Origin: Nitrosopumilus sp.
Lineage (GTDB): Archaea > Thermoproteota > Nitrososphaeria > Nitrososphaerales > Nitrosopumilaceae
Assembly: GCA_963662625.1 (NCBI GenBank)
Contig: OY759726.1
Span: forward strand, 768,001-832,000
DNA: 64,000 nucleotides
Direction of reading: 5' to 3'
In this document: positions 9,769 through 19,790 of the stretch, in pieces
Position numbering within the stretch: position 1 is the first letter of the stretch
Layout of the letters: each line of letters begins with the position of its first letter
The notes under the pieces: model-generated
Databases searched by the model: none
Told to the model about the DNA's origin: nothing
The model's input: only the letters and a program-made list of their open reading frames with translations
Position numbers and translations under genes: made by a program

Positions 9769-11004
9769 TTATCTCTTTGCCTCCAGCGCCTGGGCTGCCA
9801 TGGCCGCGGCGTTTGCCGCGCCGTCCGAAACGAAGTTCCTTGAAAACTCCGCCAGGCCCTCCTCGAACCTGCCCCGGTCTTCCTTGATCGTTGAGATCGC
9901 CCCGGCCACCTGCCGGGTCTTCGCGGCCAGGACGCCGAGGTTCCGCTCTTCGGCCCACCGGATGTTGTTCGTGTGCTCGTCGTATACCGGGATGCCTATT
10001 ATCGGCTTTGACTTCCCCCCGAGGATCTCCCCCATGACCGTGTGGGAGCCGTTGATGACCGCGTACCCGCACAGGTCCAGGACGGACTCTTTTTCCTGCT
10101 CGGAGAGGAAGCCCACGTCGATCTGCACCCAGTCCACCTTGCCCTCCAGCGCCTCCTGTACGGAGCGCCTCCTCCCGTCCCTGCCCAGGACGGAGTCGAT
10201 GGACGGGTCGTTCCTCGCGTGCGAGACTATCCTCTTCTCGCCCCTCATCTCGTCACGGGCAAACACTTCCTCGTACCTCTGCCCGGTCCCGTCGTTTGTC
10301 GACTTGTTGCCAGTCCTCATCCAGTACCCGAACTCCTCGCCGCGGATCAGCCTCTCGAGATCCGTGGGGGGCCCCTTCCCGGCCCTCCTGGAACCCGTAA
10401 AGTGCCCGACAAAGGCGACCTTCTCCATGACGTCCTTCGTGAAGTTCAGGTTGTACTCGCACAGCGTGTATGGCGGCGGCGAGTCCGCCACCAGTATCTG
10501 GGAGGCCTTCGCTATCTGCTTTGCGATGAATGCCACTGACGGGTAAAAGTACGAGCGGGTCCTGTAGAGCCTCGGCATGAACTGGTTGGTGATGAACAGG
10601 CTGTGTATCCCGCGGTTCCTTGCCAGCACGTTTGACCCCATGTCCCCGTCGTTGATGACCAGGTCGAACTGCTTTTCGTCGTACAGCCTCCTTTCCTGCC
10701 TCAGGTAGTCCGTGATCTGTTTTATCAGCGGGGGGTTCTGCGCCACCGGGAGCATCAGGTTCAGGAGCGACATCGAGACGCTGGGCCCGAACTTGCCGTC
10801 TATCGGCGTGGGCATGAGCACCCTGTGGATCTGATCGGGCCTGTCCGGGAACTCAGCAAGCAGTTTTTCGTAGACGTGGTCCTTGCTGGAGTAGTGGATC
10901 TCAAACTCCTCCCCGACGAACCGCGGCAGCTCCGAGTTGAGCCTCATCATGCGCGAGTAGTGGCCGCCGCCCCACGGGTAGATGAACTCGCCTATCCTCA
11001 GCAC
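9769..11004 (-). CDS. GT-B fold glycosyltransferase (GT28/MurG-like)
   Basis: N-terminal G.GHYSR; C-terminal INGSHTVMGE...P..DEH..N. Confidence 0.8.
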   Translation of the reverse strand: MLRIGEFIYPWGGGHYSRMMRLNSELPRFVGEEFEIHYSSKDHVYEKLLAEFPDRPDQIHRVLMPTPIDGKFGPSVSMSLLNLMLPVAQNPPLIKQITDYLRQERRLYDEKQFDLVINDGDMGSNVLARNRGIHSLFITNQFMPRLYRTRSYFYPSVAFIAKQIAKASQILVADSPPPYTLCEYNLNFTKDVMEKVAFVGHFTGSRRAGKGPPTDLERLIRGEEFGYWMRTGNKSTNDGTGQRYEEVFARDEMRGEKRIVSHARNDPSIDSVLGRDGRRRSVQEALEGKVDWVQIDVGFLSEQEKESVLDLCGYAVINGSHTVMGEILGGKSKPIIGIPVYDEHTNNIRWAEERNLGVLAAKTRQVAGAISTIKEDRGRFEEGLAEFSRNFVSDGAANAAAMAAQALEAKR

Positions 11005-11035
11005 ACCGTCAGTTCTCCGGGGGGGAGTTTAAACT

Positions 11036-12154
11036 CTAGCGCTCCCCCAGCGAGTCCAGGAAGTCGTGGACGTTGTTGGGCCCCACGCTGAGGGAGACTG
11101 CCTGCCTTGACGCCAGGGCCGCGTCCAGCTCTTTCTTGGAAAAGCCCGAGGCGGCCTTCTGCGGGAACGGCCGCGCGAGCCTCCCGGGACTCCCCCCCAG
11201 GCCGAGCTCCCTCGCGTCGGCAAACACCCCCGAGCCGAGCCCGCTCAGCGGGGTGACCGGGATCTTCCCGGCATCAAACACCCTGCTTACCGCGCCGTCG
11301 ACGAACTCTGCCGGGAACGCCAGCGGCGAGACCGGGACGGAGACCCTCGGGATGCCGCGCGACCTAGCGACGCCGATCAGGATCTCCAGGGCCAGCATCA
11401 CCAGCCTGCCGTAACCGCCCTTTCCGGCGGGGACGGAGCCCGCGCGGAACACCTCCACCTCCACGTCCTCCCTCAGCAGCCTCGGGAGTATCCTGTTCAC
11501 GATCTTTGCGAGGCCGGTCAGCTCCGACCCCGTCCTGTAGCAGACCACGATCTTGGGGCTGAGCCCCTGCTTCATCGTCTCGTAGCACGAGACCGCCGAG
11601 AGCTCGTCGTAGATGCAGCACGCGGCGTCGTGCCCGCCCGGCTCGAACGGGACGCCGCCGTTTCCTCCGTCTGAAAAGATGCAGATGTACGCGTTCTTCC
11701 TGGTCAGGTAGGCGTACAGCAGCTTGTCGTGGTTGTGCTCCGTGCCGGGCCTCGCCCCCAGGCCGGGCCTCTTTTCGATGATCTCCGACGTCGCGGCAAG
11801 CGCCACGTCCGCCGGCAGGAAGCCCCTTGAGAACCCCTCCACCCTCACTAGAAACCTCTCGCCCCTCAGCAGCAGGCTTCCGCCCACGGAGGAGATCCCG
11901 GAGACCACCTCCCGGAAGTCGTTCCGGGTCTGCCGCGCGATCGCGATCCTGTCTATGCCGAAGAGCAGGTTGATCGCGGACGACGCGAACACCGGATCGT
12001 TTGCGTCCACCAGTATGACGTCGCCGTCCCTCTTTACGGACCTGAACCGCTGGTTCTGCGCCACGAGGATCCTCTTTATGTTGGAGACGAGCAACGGCAT
12101 CCGGTTCCTGGAAAAGGCCGTGGGAAAGACCACGACGTACGAGACCTGCTCCAT
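11036..12154 (-). CDS. ThiI-like THUMP-domain protein (degenerate PP-loop)
   Basis: ThiI-type N-terminus (LVSNIK...LFGI), THUMP region and G.GGVP; no SGGxDS. Confidence 0.7.
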   Translation of the reverse strand: MEQVSYVVVFPTAFSRNRMPLLVSNIKRILVAQNQRFRSVKRDGDVILVDANDPVFASSAINLLFGIDRIAIARQTRNDFREVVSGISSVGGSLLLRGERFLVRVEGFSRGFLPADVALAATSEIIEKRPGLGARPGTEHNHDKLLYAYLTRKNAYICIFSDGGNGGVPFEPGGHDAACCIYDELSAVSCYETMKQGLSPKIVVCYRTGSELTGLAKIVNRILPRLLREDVEVEVFRAGSVPAGKGGYGRLVMLALEILIGVARSRGIPRVSVPVSPLAFPAEFVDGAVSRVFDAGKIPVTPLSGLGSGVFADARELGLGGSPGRLARPFPQKAASGFSKKELDAALASRQAVSLSVGPNNVHDFLDSLGER

Positions 12155-12295
12155 GCCTTCATTCCCAGGCACCCGCTTATAACTTAGGATTTACAGGCTG
12201 CTGCCCCGTCGGCCTGCCGGGCTCCTGCCCGGGCCGCCCGGGCCGCGTCCTGGCCATGGCCGTGCCAGGCCGGACACCGTCGAGCGCCCCTGCCC

Positions 12296-13632
12296 CAGTA
12301 GATCGAAATGTACCCCTGTGGGGCGTTGGCCAGCATGTATTGACCTGGCACTGGAACGTTTTGGACAGAAAAACCAATGGATCAGGCGCCCCTGTCATCC
12401 GTCATGTACAACCAAAACGAACCGCAGGGGCACCGACTCAGGGTGGCCGGCAAGGCGTTTAAAATGTTGCCCGGGCTGCTGGAGAGGGCGGGCATCGGGT
12501 TCTCGGGCCGGCACAACGCCGTGTACGGCATGGCCGACTTCGTGCGCGTTCTGGTGTCCATGTGCAGGGACCGCGCGTGCGCGTCTGGCGCCACCGGGAC
12601 GCTCGCCGTGCGCCACGGGCCCCGCCGCGTGCCGTCGTCGGCGTGGGTGCTCTCCAGGATACGGGGGGCGTGCCCCGAACCGGACGCCATGCGGGAGCGG
12701 TGCGCCGGCGCCCTCGCATCCACCGTGCGGGATGCCGGGCGGCCGGGGATCCTCAGGCGGATCCGCTGCGTCGTGGCCCTGGACTACCACCTGATACCCA
12801 GGTACGACAGGGATCCCGCGACCAGGGAGGAGCAGCTGGTGCGCGCGAGGCACAGGTCCGGGACGTCGCGCTTCGAGGGGTACGCCACCGCCCAGATGGT
12901 GGACGGGCCGGGGCTGAACCTGGCGTGCAGGCCCAAGGGGGGGAGCACGGGGGCCGGAATCGTGCGCGAGCTGCTGCGTGACTGCGCTGGCGTGGGCGTC
13001 CGCCCCAGGCTGGTCCTGCCGGGCCGGGGATTCTTCTCGGCAGGGGTCGTCGGGGAGCTGTCCGGGTCGGGCCACAGGTTCATCATGCCCGCGTCGCGGA
13101 CTGCCGGGATAAAGAGGGCCGTGGGGGAGCACGCCCGCGGGGAGAGGGCCGCGGTGTCCCCGCACGCCCTGACGCCCCAGGACAGGAAGGCCAGCGAGCC
13201 GTTCACCCTGGCGATGGTCCCGAAGAAGGAGGGCGAGGACGGGTGGGACTCGGGGGACGCGCAGGAGAGGTACCTGGCGTACGCCACCAACGCGGACGCC
13301 GGCAGGGCGGTGCGCGCCGCCGACGTCCCTGACGAGTACCGGAAGAGGTGGGGGATAGAGACCGGGTACAGGGACGCCGAGAAGGCCAGGCCCAGGACCA
13401 CCAGCCCGGACGCCTCGGTCAGGACGTTCCTGTTCTTCATGGCGCTGGTGATGTACAACCTGTGGATGATGTCGGTGGAATGGTCCGCCGGGTGGTACGG
13501 GAGCCGCGACACCGCCTCGATCCGGCTGGCGGTCATGCTGGAGTGCATGGTGGGGATGGCTGCGGGCGGGACGGATGGCTGCCGGGCGTGGCCCAACCAG
13601 TCGTCTGGCGGCTAGTACATTTCGATCTACTG
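12296..13632 (+). mobile_element. ISH3-family (IS4-related) insertion sequence, 1337 bp
   Basis: Perfect 18-bp TIRs cagtagatcgaaatgtac (12296-12313 / 13615-13632), 5-bp TSD TGCCC (12291-12295 / 13633-13637), single transposase ORF. Confidence 0.93.
12377..13615 (+). CDS. DDE transposase (ISH3-like), probably catalytically impaired
   Basis: VALDYH (D1) and YRKRWGIETGYR (E) are present; the expected DRGF reads PGRGF. Confidence 0.88.
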   Translation: MDQAPLSSVMYNQNEPQGHRLRVAGKAFKMLPGLLERAGIGFSGRHNAVYGMADFVRVLVSMCRDRACASGATGTLAVRHGPRRVPSSAWVLSRIRGACPEPDAMRERCAGALASTVRDAGRPGILRRIRCVVALDYHLIPRYDRDPATREEQLVRARHRSGTSRFEGYATAQMVDGPGLNLACRPKGGSTGAGIVRELLRDCAGVGVRPRLVLPGRGFFSAGVVGELSGSGHRFIMPASRTAGIKRAVGEHARGERAAVSPHALTPQDRKASEPFTLAMVPKKEGEDGWDSGDAQERYLAYATNADAGRAVRAADVPDEYRKRWGIETGYRDAEKARPRTTSPDASVRTFLFFMALVMYNLWMMSVEWSAGWYGSRDTASIRLAVMLECMVGMAAGGTDGCRAWPNQSSGG

Positions 13633-13726
13633 TGCCCGGGCCGCCCGGGCGGGGCGGGCGCGGGCGGCGGCGCAGGCAGGGGGCACGCAGGGGCGTGCCG
13701 GCCAGAAGCCGGCGCGATCTGGACAA

Positions 13727-13737
13727 TTAATATAAAA
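13727..13737 (+). promoter_or_regulatory. TATA box of the cysH-sat operon
   Basis: ttaatataaaa about 25 nt upstream of the GTG start, in a GC-rich context. Confidence 0.6.
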
Positions 13738-13757
13738 CTACCAAATCAATTGAACCT

Positions 13758-14483
13758 GTGACCAGATTCACCCGGGAGCAGGTGGACAAGCTCAACGAGA
13801 CCATCACCACCGCGGAGGACGCGCTGAGGTGGGCCTCGGAGAACCTCCACCCGAGGGTCGCGAAGGCGTCGAGTTTCGGCGCGGAGGATGCCGTGATCAT
13901 GGACATCATGCTGAAGATCAACCCTAGGTTCAGGTTTTTCACCCTGGACACGGGCCGCCTGCACCAGGAGACCTACGACATAATGGACATCGTCAGGAAA
14001 AAATACAACATCACGATCGAGGTCCTGTTCCCCGACACGAAGGAGGTGGAGGAGATGGTGATGGGCAAGGGCATGAACCTGTTCTACGAGAGCGTGGAGA
14101 ACAGGAAGCTCTGCTGCGATGTCCGCAAGGTGCGCCCGATAAACCGCATGCTCAAGACCCTTGACGGCTGGATTGCCGGCCTGAGGCGCGACCAGACGGA
14201 GGTGCGGAAGGACGTGAGCCTCTTTCAGATCGATCACGCGCACGGCGGGATCCTGAAGATTAACCCCATAATCAACTGGACGTGGGACCGGGTCCAGGAC
14301 TACATAAAGGAGAACAACCTCCCGTACAACAGCCTCGTTGACAAGGGATACCCCAGCATCGGCTGCGAGCCCTGCACCAGGCCGATAAAGCCGGGGGAGG
14401 ACCTCAGGGCGGGCCGCTGGTGGTGGGAACAGGGGGAGCACAAGGAGTGCGGGCTCCACATGGTGCACGGGCAGGAGGCCTGA
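13758..14483 (+). CDS. cysH: adenosine 5'-phosphosulfate (APS) reductase, Fe-S type CysH
   Basis: [21 protein letters not shown] and ECGLH; the CC+CxxC cluster points to APS rather than PAPS specificity. Confidence 0.93.
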   Translation: MTRFTREQVDKLNETITTAEDALRWASENLHPRVAKASSFGAEDAVIMDIMLKINPRFRFFTLDTGRLHQETYDIMDIVRKKYNITIEVLFPDTKEVEEMVMGKGMNLFYESVENRKLCCDVRKVRPINRMLKTLDGWIAGLRRDQTEVRKDVSLFQIDHAHGGILKINPIINWTWDRVQDYIKENNLPYNSLVDKGYPSIGCEPCTRPIKPGEDLRAGRWWWEQGEHKECGLHMVHGQEA

Positions 14484-14484
14484 C

Positions 14485-15627
14485 ATGCCTGGGAACGGAT
14501 CGATAAGGCCCCACGGCGGCAGGCTGGTAAGCAGGATCACGGAGGCGGATCCCTCCGGGATGTTCGCGGTGCCCGTTACGGCGGACCTGGCAAACGACGT
14601 CGAGAACATCGCCGACGGCATATTCAGCCCCCTGGAGGGGTTCCTCGGACGGCAGGACTTTGAGGCGGTGGTGTCGGGTGGCAGGCTGGCAAACGGCCTG
14701 GCGTGGACCATCCCCACCGTCCTTGACGTCGACGAGGCGACGGCGTCCCGGATGAAGGAGGCCGGCGACGTGCTGCTGCAGGATCCCCAGGGCACGGGCA
14801 TCGCCGTGCTGCACGTGGAGGAGGTGTTCCCGTTTGACAAGGAGGGCACGGCCCGCGGGATCTACGGGACTGCCGACCCCGCGCACCCGGGCGTGGCCAA
14901 GACCATGTCGATGGGGGACCGCCTGGTTGGTGGGAAGATAGACTACATACGGAGGCCCCAGGACACCGAGATCAGGAAGTACAGGCTGGCGCCGGTCCAG
15001 ACGCGCGAGGCGTTCTCCAGCGCGGGGTGGAAGACCATAGTCGCGTTCCAGACCAGGAACCCGCCCCACGTGGCGCACGAGATGCTGCAGAAGACCTCGA
15101 TCACTACCAGGGACGGCGTGTTTGTAAACCCCATCATCGGCAAGAAAAAGCCCGGCGACTTTGTGGACGAGGTGATCGTGAAGTGCTACGAGGCGATGAT
15201 CTCCCACTATTACCCCGAAAACAGGTGCAAGCTAGGCACCCTGCACACCGAGATGAGGTACGCCGGGCCGAAGGAGGCGATACACCACGCAATCATGAGG
15301 CAGAACTACGGGTGCACGCACATCATCATCGGGCGCGACCACGCCGGGGTGGGAAAGTTCTACGATCCGTTCGCGGCGCAGGAGATCTTCGGCGACTACC
15401 CGGAACTCGAGATAGCCCCGGTGTTCTTTCCCGCGTTCTTCTACTGCAAGAAGTGCCTCACGTACACGAACCCGAAGGCGTGCCCCCACGATGACGACTC
15501 CAAGGCGCAGATAAGCGGGACGAGGCTGCGCGAGATGATCCAGGAAGGGCAGGCCCCGTCCGAGTTCATCCTGAGGCCCGAGGTGTCGAGGGTGATACTG
15601 GGCTACCGCGACCCGTTCGTAGCTTAG
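14485..15627 (+). CDS. sat: sulfate adenylyltransferase
   Basis: [27 protein letters not shown] and ISGT motifs. Confidence 0.97.
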   Translation: MPGNGSIRPHGGRLVSRITEADPSGMFAVPVTADLANDVENIADGIFSPLEGFLGRQDFEAVVSGGRLANGLAWTIPTVLDVDEATASRMKEAGDVLLQDPQGTGIAVLHVEEVFPFDKEGTARGIYGTADPAHPGVAKTMSMGDRLVGGKIDYIRRPQDTEIRKYRLAPVQTREAFSSAGWKTIVAFQTRNPPHVAHEMLQKTSITTRDGVFVNPIIGKKKPGDFVDEVIVKCYEAMISHYYPENRCKLGTLHTEMRYAGPKEAIHHAIMRQNYGCTHIIIGRDHAGVGKFYDPFAAQEIFGDYPELEIAPVFFPAFFYCKKCLTYTNPKACPHDDDSKAQISGTRLREMIQEGQAPSEFILRPEVSRVILGYRDPFVA

Positions 15628-15651
15628 GTATTTATTCACACCCGCGCAACT

Positions 15652-16323
15652 TTGCTTGTGAGGTACATCATAGCCCTGCTTGCCGTGGGGTTTTTTCTCA
15701 GCCCCGCGTTTGCCCAGGAATACACCAACCCGTCCCTGATCATTGACACGGTGGAGGTGCCGTACGAGGAGTTCAACGGCGTCCTGCGCGACGCGCGGGT
15801 GGTCCAGATGGACAGGCTCCACGCGGTAAGCTGGCAGGTCACCGTGGACAACAACCTGCTCTACGCAAACCCCGACGGCAACGCGGTCCTGAGGCTGTAC
15901 GACGACGCGGATCCGGAGAAGTTGATCGAGGTGGGCATGGGGGCCCAGCCCGACTACAAGTTCTGGGTGGCCGTGCAGACCCCGAAGGAGGGCTACATCG
16001 TGGTCCACCGGGACCTGGATCGGGGGTGGCCCCCCTCCGCAAAGACCAGCATCGCCTACACCGACCGTGCGGGGCTCACCATAAACAACGGCGCGCGCAT
16101 AGTAGTATCCAACCTCGACATAGGGGTGTTTGCGATTGGGTCATACTCCGTCCACGGCATGGGGGGCACCACCGACCCTCCCGCCGCATACTCGGGCAGC
16201 GTGGTAATGGAGTTTCTTTCGGGGGATCCTGCCAGGAACCCGTTTGCGATGATGCCGTTCTACATCGCGGCGGGGATCGGGGTGGTGGTCGGAGTGCTCT
16301 ACCTGACCAAGAAGCGCACCTAG
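15652..16323 (+). CDS. exported protein with C-terminal membrane anchor
   Basis: Signal peptide (...SPAFAQ), beta-rich body, C-terminal TM followed by KKRT. Confidence 0.85.
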   Translation: MLVRYIIALLAVGFFLSPAFAQEYTNPSLIIDTVEVPYEEFNGVLRDARVVQMDRLHAVSWQVTVDNNLLYANPDGNAVLRLYDDADPEKLIEVGMGAQPDYKFWVAVQTPKEGYIVVHRDLDRGWPPSAKTSIAYTDRAGLTINNGARIVVSNLDIGVFAIGSYSVHGMGGTTDPPAAYSGSVVMEFLSGDPARNPFAMMPFYIAAGIGVVVGVLYLTKKRT

Positions 16324-16882
16324 CGGATGCCGCTGCCCGGCCGGGTTCTTGCCCGCCGAACTTTGGGCGGCGCGTCGAGGGTGCGTCGCGCTTCCCCGTG
16401 CTGGACGCATTCGCGCCGTGGGCTTTTCGCGTTTTAGGACATGCCCGCTTGCACGCGAGTTCTTCATGCCCGTTGGCGCCCGTACCCATGGCTGCCGCCG
16501 GCAGCGTGGCCGCCGCGACGGTTCCCGCGGTTACCAGCGGCCGTCGCTTGGCTTGTGGCCCCGGTTGCGCGGGGGGTTTTTCGAGGGTTCGTCTTATATA
16601 AGATCGAATGCAAGTTATAGTATGATTCAGCGATTGTTGCGCGGGTTATGGGACACAAATCTTCGTTCAAAACGCGGCGTTGCCATCATCGGGATCGGCC
16701 TGGCCCTGATATGCGTGGGCTCGTTGTAGCCCCCCGGGGGCCGGGGCTTTCTGTGCGCCGGGCCGGCAAGACCCGTGTCGTATGCTGCGCGTTGCCACAG
16801 ATGCGGCGCGGTTCTGCGCTCCTGGCGGGCGGGGCGCCTTGGGTGCCGTAAGGCTTCGCGCCCGGCGTCCGGGAGAGGCACG

Positions 16883-17539
16883 TCATCCCCGTCCCGGCCT
16901 CGAGTGCTTGTAGTAGTCGCAGGCCCCTTTGATCCGGCAGGGGCCGCACATGGGCGAGACCGGCTTGCATATGTTCTGCCCGTACATGACAAACGTGTCG
17001 TTGATCTCAAGCCAGTATTTTTTGGGGATCCTCCTCATCAGTTCCAGTTCCGTCTCCTCGGGATCTTTGGTGCTTACCAGCCCGAGCCTGTTCGAGATCC
17101 TGTGGACGTGGATGTCTACCGGGATCGCCGGCTTTTCAAAGGCGTACACCAGGACGCAGTTGGCGGTCTTTCTTCCGACCCCCGGAAGCTCCACGAGCTT
17201 TTCCAGGTCGTCTGGCACCTTTCCGTTGTACTTCGAGTCGATGATTTTTGCGACCTCGACGATCCGCCTCGACTTGACGCGGTAGAACCCGATCGGCCGT
17301 ATTATTTTTTCAACGTCCCCCACCCTGGCTTTGGCAAGCGCGCTGGCCGTCTTGTATCGGGAAAACAGCACCTTGACGACCTTGGTGGTGCTCTCGTCCT
17401 TGGTTCTGGCCGACAGGATCGTCCCGATCAGTATGCTGAACGGCCCGGTCTCTGCCTCGTGGAGCTCCCTCAGCGCAGTCATCCTGGGCGGCTTTACGGC
17501 GTCCATGGTCCTGGCCATTCCGGAAAGGATTTTTCTCAT
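16883..17539 (-). CDS. nth: endonuclease III
   Basis: HhH LPGVGRKTAN, VDIHVHR and Fe-S motif C.....P.C..C.....C. Confidence 0.96.
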   Translation of the reverse strand: MRKILSGMARTMDAVKPPRMTALRELHEAETGPFSILIGTILSARTKDESTTKVVKVLFSRYKTASALAKARVGDVEKIIRPIGFYRVKSRRIVEVAKIIDSKYNGKVPDDLEKLVELPGVGRKTANCVLVYAFEKPAIPVDIHVHRISNRLGLVSTKDPEETELELMRRIPKKYWLEINDTFVMYGQNICKPVSPMCGPCRIKGACDYYKHSRPGRG

Positions 17540-17666
17540 GGTTGTGTGGTGGATCTCCCACAATGTAAATGTGAATCCGGCGCGGGCCGGGGCGGCCCGT
17601 GCGGCGCCCCCCCCCCCGCAGGCGGCCGCAGTACAAGTATTATATCTGTTGCAAGCATGACTTGCA

Positions 17667-18821
17667 TTGGAGCTAACCAGGGAAGAGGAGGCGGCGCTGA
17701 AGGGCGAACGCGGCGAGATCATGCAGCTTGCGTACAGGATCCTGGCGGCCACCGGCGAGGCCACCGATGCCGAGAGGCTGGTTCCCATAGAGTGGGCCCA
17801 CCTGTCCGGGGTAAACTACAACACCATAGGCGACGCTGGGGAGGAGTTTCTGTCCCACATCAGCGGGGAGGCCCGGGTCAGGGTCATGACCACCCTGAAC
17901 CCTATGGGCTTTGACGCGGACAGCGTCGCCAGGTACGGCCTGGGCGAAGATTTCATTGAAAAGCAGGCGTCGATAAGAGATTCCTACGTGGCCATGGGGG
18001 TGATCCCGTCCTTCTCCTGCGTGCCCTACGAGATATTTGACATCCCGAGGGAGGGCACCCAGGTGTCGTTTGCCGAAAGCAACGCGGCGATCCACGCGAA
18101 CTCGGTTGACGGCCTGAAGACGAACAAGGAGAGCGCCTTCAGCGCGCTGGCAAGCGCGATCACGGGCAGCAGCCCGTACTCCTCGATGAGAAGGGGGGAC
18201 TCCCCGGACCTCACCATCAGTATGAAGGTGGAGGATCCCGACGAGCTCTCGTACGGGATGCTCGGGTTCTTTGCGGGCAAGGTGGCAAACAACTCCGTGA
18301 ACATCGACGGCCCCGGACGGCTGGACAGGCGGGGCTGCAAGGCCCTGTGCGGCGGCATGGGGACGTCGGGGACGTGCGCAAAATTCAACCTCGGCCGGGG
18401 CGACCCGGGCTGCGAGAGGGTGGATTTCGACGGGAGGGAGGCGCAGAAGATCCACGACGAGCTGAACACCGCCGAACGGGGAGACCTGATCACGCTTGGA
18501 AGCCCGCAGCTGGGCCTCTGGGAGATCTCCGACCTGGCCGACAGGCTGAAGGGCAGGTCCTTCCGAAAGCGGTGCATGGTGTTCTGCCCCAGGTCCGTAA
18601 GGGAGCGCGCCCGGGAGGCCGGATACGCGGGGAGGCTGGAACGCGCCGGGTGCGAGATCCTGTCGGACTGCTGCACCTGCCTGACCCCCCTGATCAGCAG
18701 GGACGAGGTGGACTCTGTGACCACGAACAGCATCAAGGGGGCGTACTACCTGAAAAACTCAAACGGGGTGGGCGTGAACCTCAAGCCGCTGTCGCAGATA
18801 GTGGAGGACGAGACGGGGTGA
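17667..18821 (+). CDS. aconitase X catalytic subunit (phosphomevalonate dehydratase large subunit)
   Basis: HLSGVNY, TTLNP, SCVPY, ESNA, G.PQ and TNSIKGAYY motifs. Confidence 0.9.
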   Translation: MELTREEEAALKGERGEIMQLAYRILAATGEATDAERLVPIEWAHLSGVNYNTIGDAGEEFLSHISGEARVRVMTTLNPMGFDADSVARYGLGEDFIEKQASIRDSYVAMGVIPSFSCVPYEIFDIPREGTQVSFAESNAAIHANSVDGLKTNKESAFSALASAITGSSPYSSMRRGDSPDLTISMKVEDPDELSYGMLGFFAGKVANNSVNIDGPGRLDRRGCKALCGGMGTSGTCAKFNLGRGDPGCERVDFDGREAQKIHDELNTAERGDLITLGSPQLGLWEISDLADRLKGRSFRKRCMVFCPRSVRERAREAGYAGRLERAGCEILSDCCTCLTPLISRDEVDSVTTNSIKGAYYLKNSNGVGVNLKPLSQIVEDETG

Positions 18822-19210
18822 GAAAGGTCCTGGTCAGGGGCAGGGCTGAGGGGCGCGTCCTAAAGTCAGGCGACCCGATCAACTTTCTCGGCGCGGTGGA
18901 CAAGAAGACCGGGAGGATCGAGGACAGCGGCCACGACCTGTTTTCCAAGTCGGTCAGGGGCGCCATCCTTGTCTTCCCCTCGGGCGCCGGCAGCAGCGTG
19001 GGGGCCTACACCATATACTCCCTCAAGTCAAACGGGGCCGCGCCGGCGGCGATGGTGTGCGCCAAGGCCGACCTTACGGTGGCCACCGGGTGCGCCCTGA
19101 CCGGCATCCCGCTCCTGACCGTGTCCGGCGGCGAGTTCTCCTCGCTCAGGACGGGCCAGATGGTGTCCCTGGACACCGACTCCCCCGACCCTATAACCTT
19201 CCTTCGATGA
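18818..19210 (+). CDS. aconitase X swivel-domain subunit (DUF126)
   Basis: INFLGAVD..TG and GAGSSVG; the GTG start overlaps the upstream stop. Confidence 0.9.
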   Translation: MRKVLVRGRAEGRVLKSGDPINFLGAVDKKTGRIEDSGHDLFSKSVRGAILVFPSGAGSSVGAYTIYSLKSNGAAPAAMVCAKADLTVATGCALTGIPLLTVSGGEFSSLRTGQMVSLDTDSPDPITFLR

Positions 19211-19790
19211 CGTCCCCGTTGGGCCGCTCCTCCCTGAAGACCGTCCCCTGAAACCTCTCGACCTCCGTCTCCGGCTCCCGCCAGCAGTCGCCCGGCAGCC
19301 CGGCCTTCTGGCACGTGTGCTCCAGGAACTCCCGCTCGTCCCACCCGTACTCCGACGGGACCTGCGGCAGCAGCAGCCCCGAGAAGCCCCCGTTCCTCAC
19401 GATCAGCCCGTCCCTGCCCACCCTGATCTCGCGCAGTAGCCCCTCCGGGCTGCCGGCCAGGATCCTCTCGGGCCGGGTCAGGACGGTGACCTCGAACGTG
19501 ACGCCGTCCAGGTCCCCCGGCCCCAGCGGCGGAAACCTGGGATCCCTCGTGGCGGCGGCCACCGCGGCGTCCTTGAGCGCGGGGGAGAGCCCCCTGTCCG
19601 CCAGCGGGTACCCGATGCACCCCCTCAGCCCCGAGGAGTCGTTGATGGTGACGAACACTCCGGACTTGCCGGAGAACCTCGCGTCAAACCCGCCGTCGGC
19701 GCCCGTCCTGCCCCGCTCCATGTGCTCGGAGACCGCGCGCCTTGCGGCCTTTACGAGCAGCCTGCCGTCCTCGAGGGAGACGCGCCTCAC
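19191..19790 (-). CDS. AMMECR1 / AmmeMemoRadiSam protein A (TIGR00296-like)
   Basis: GVFVT, LRGCIG, DPRF, GLLLPQV and CQKAGL motifs. Confidence 0.93.
   Translation of the reverse strand: MRRVSLEDGRLLVKAARRAVSEHMERGRTGADGGFDARFSGKSGVFVTINDSSGLRGCIGYPLADRGLSPALKDAAVAAATRDPRFPPLGPGDLDGVTFEVTVLTRPERILAGSPEGLLREIRVGRDGLIVRNGGFSGLLLPQVPSEYGWDEREFLEHTCQKAGLPGDCWREPETEVERFQGTVFREERPNGDVIEGRL

Noticed and set aside
17667-19210. AcnX pair plus UbiD as a novel pathway
   Set aside because: This matches the known archaeal modified mevalonate pathway.
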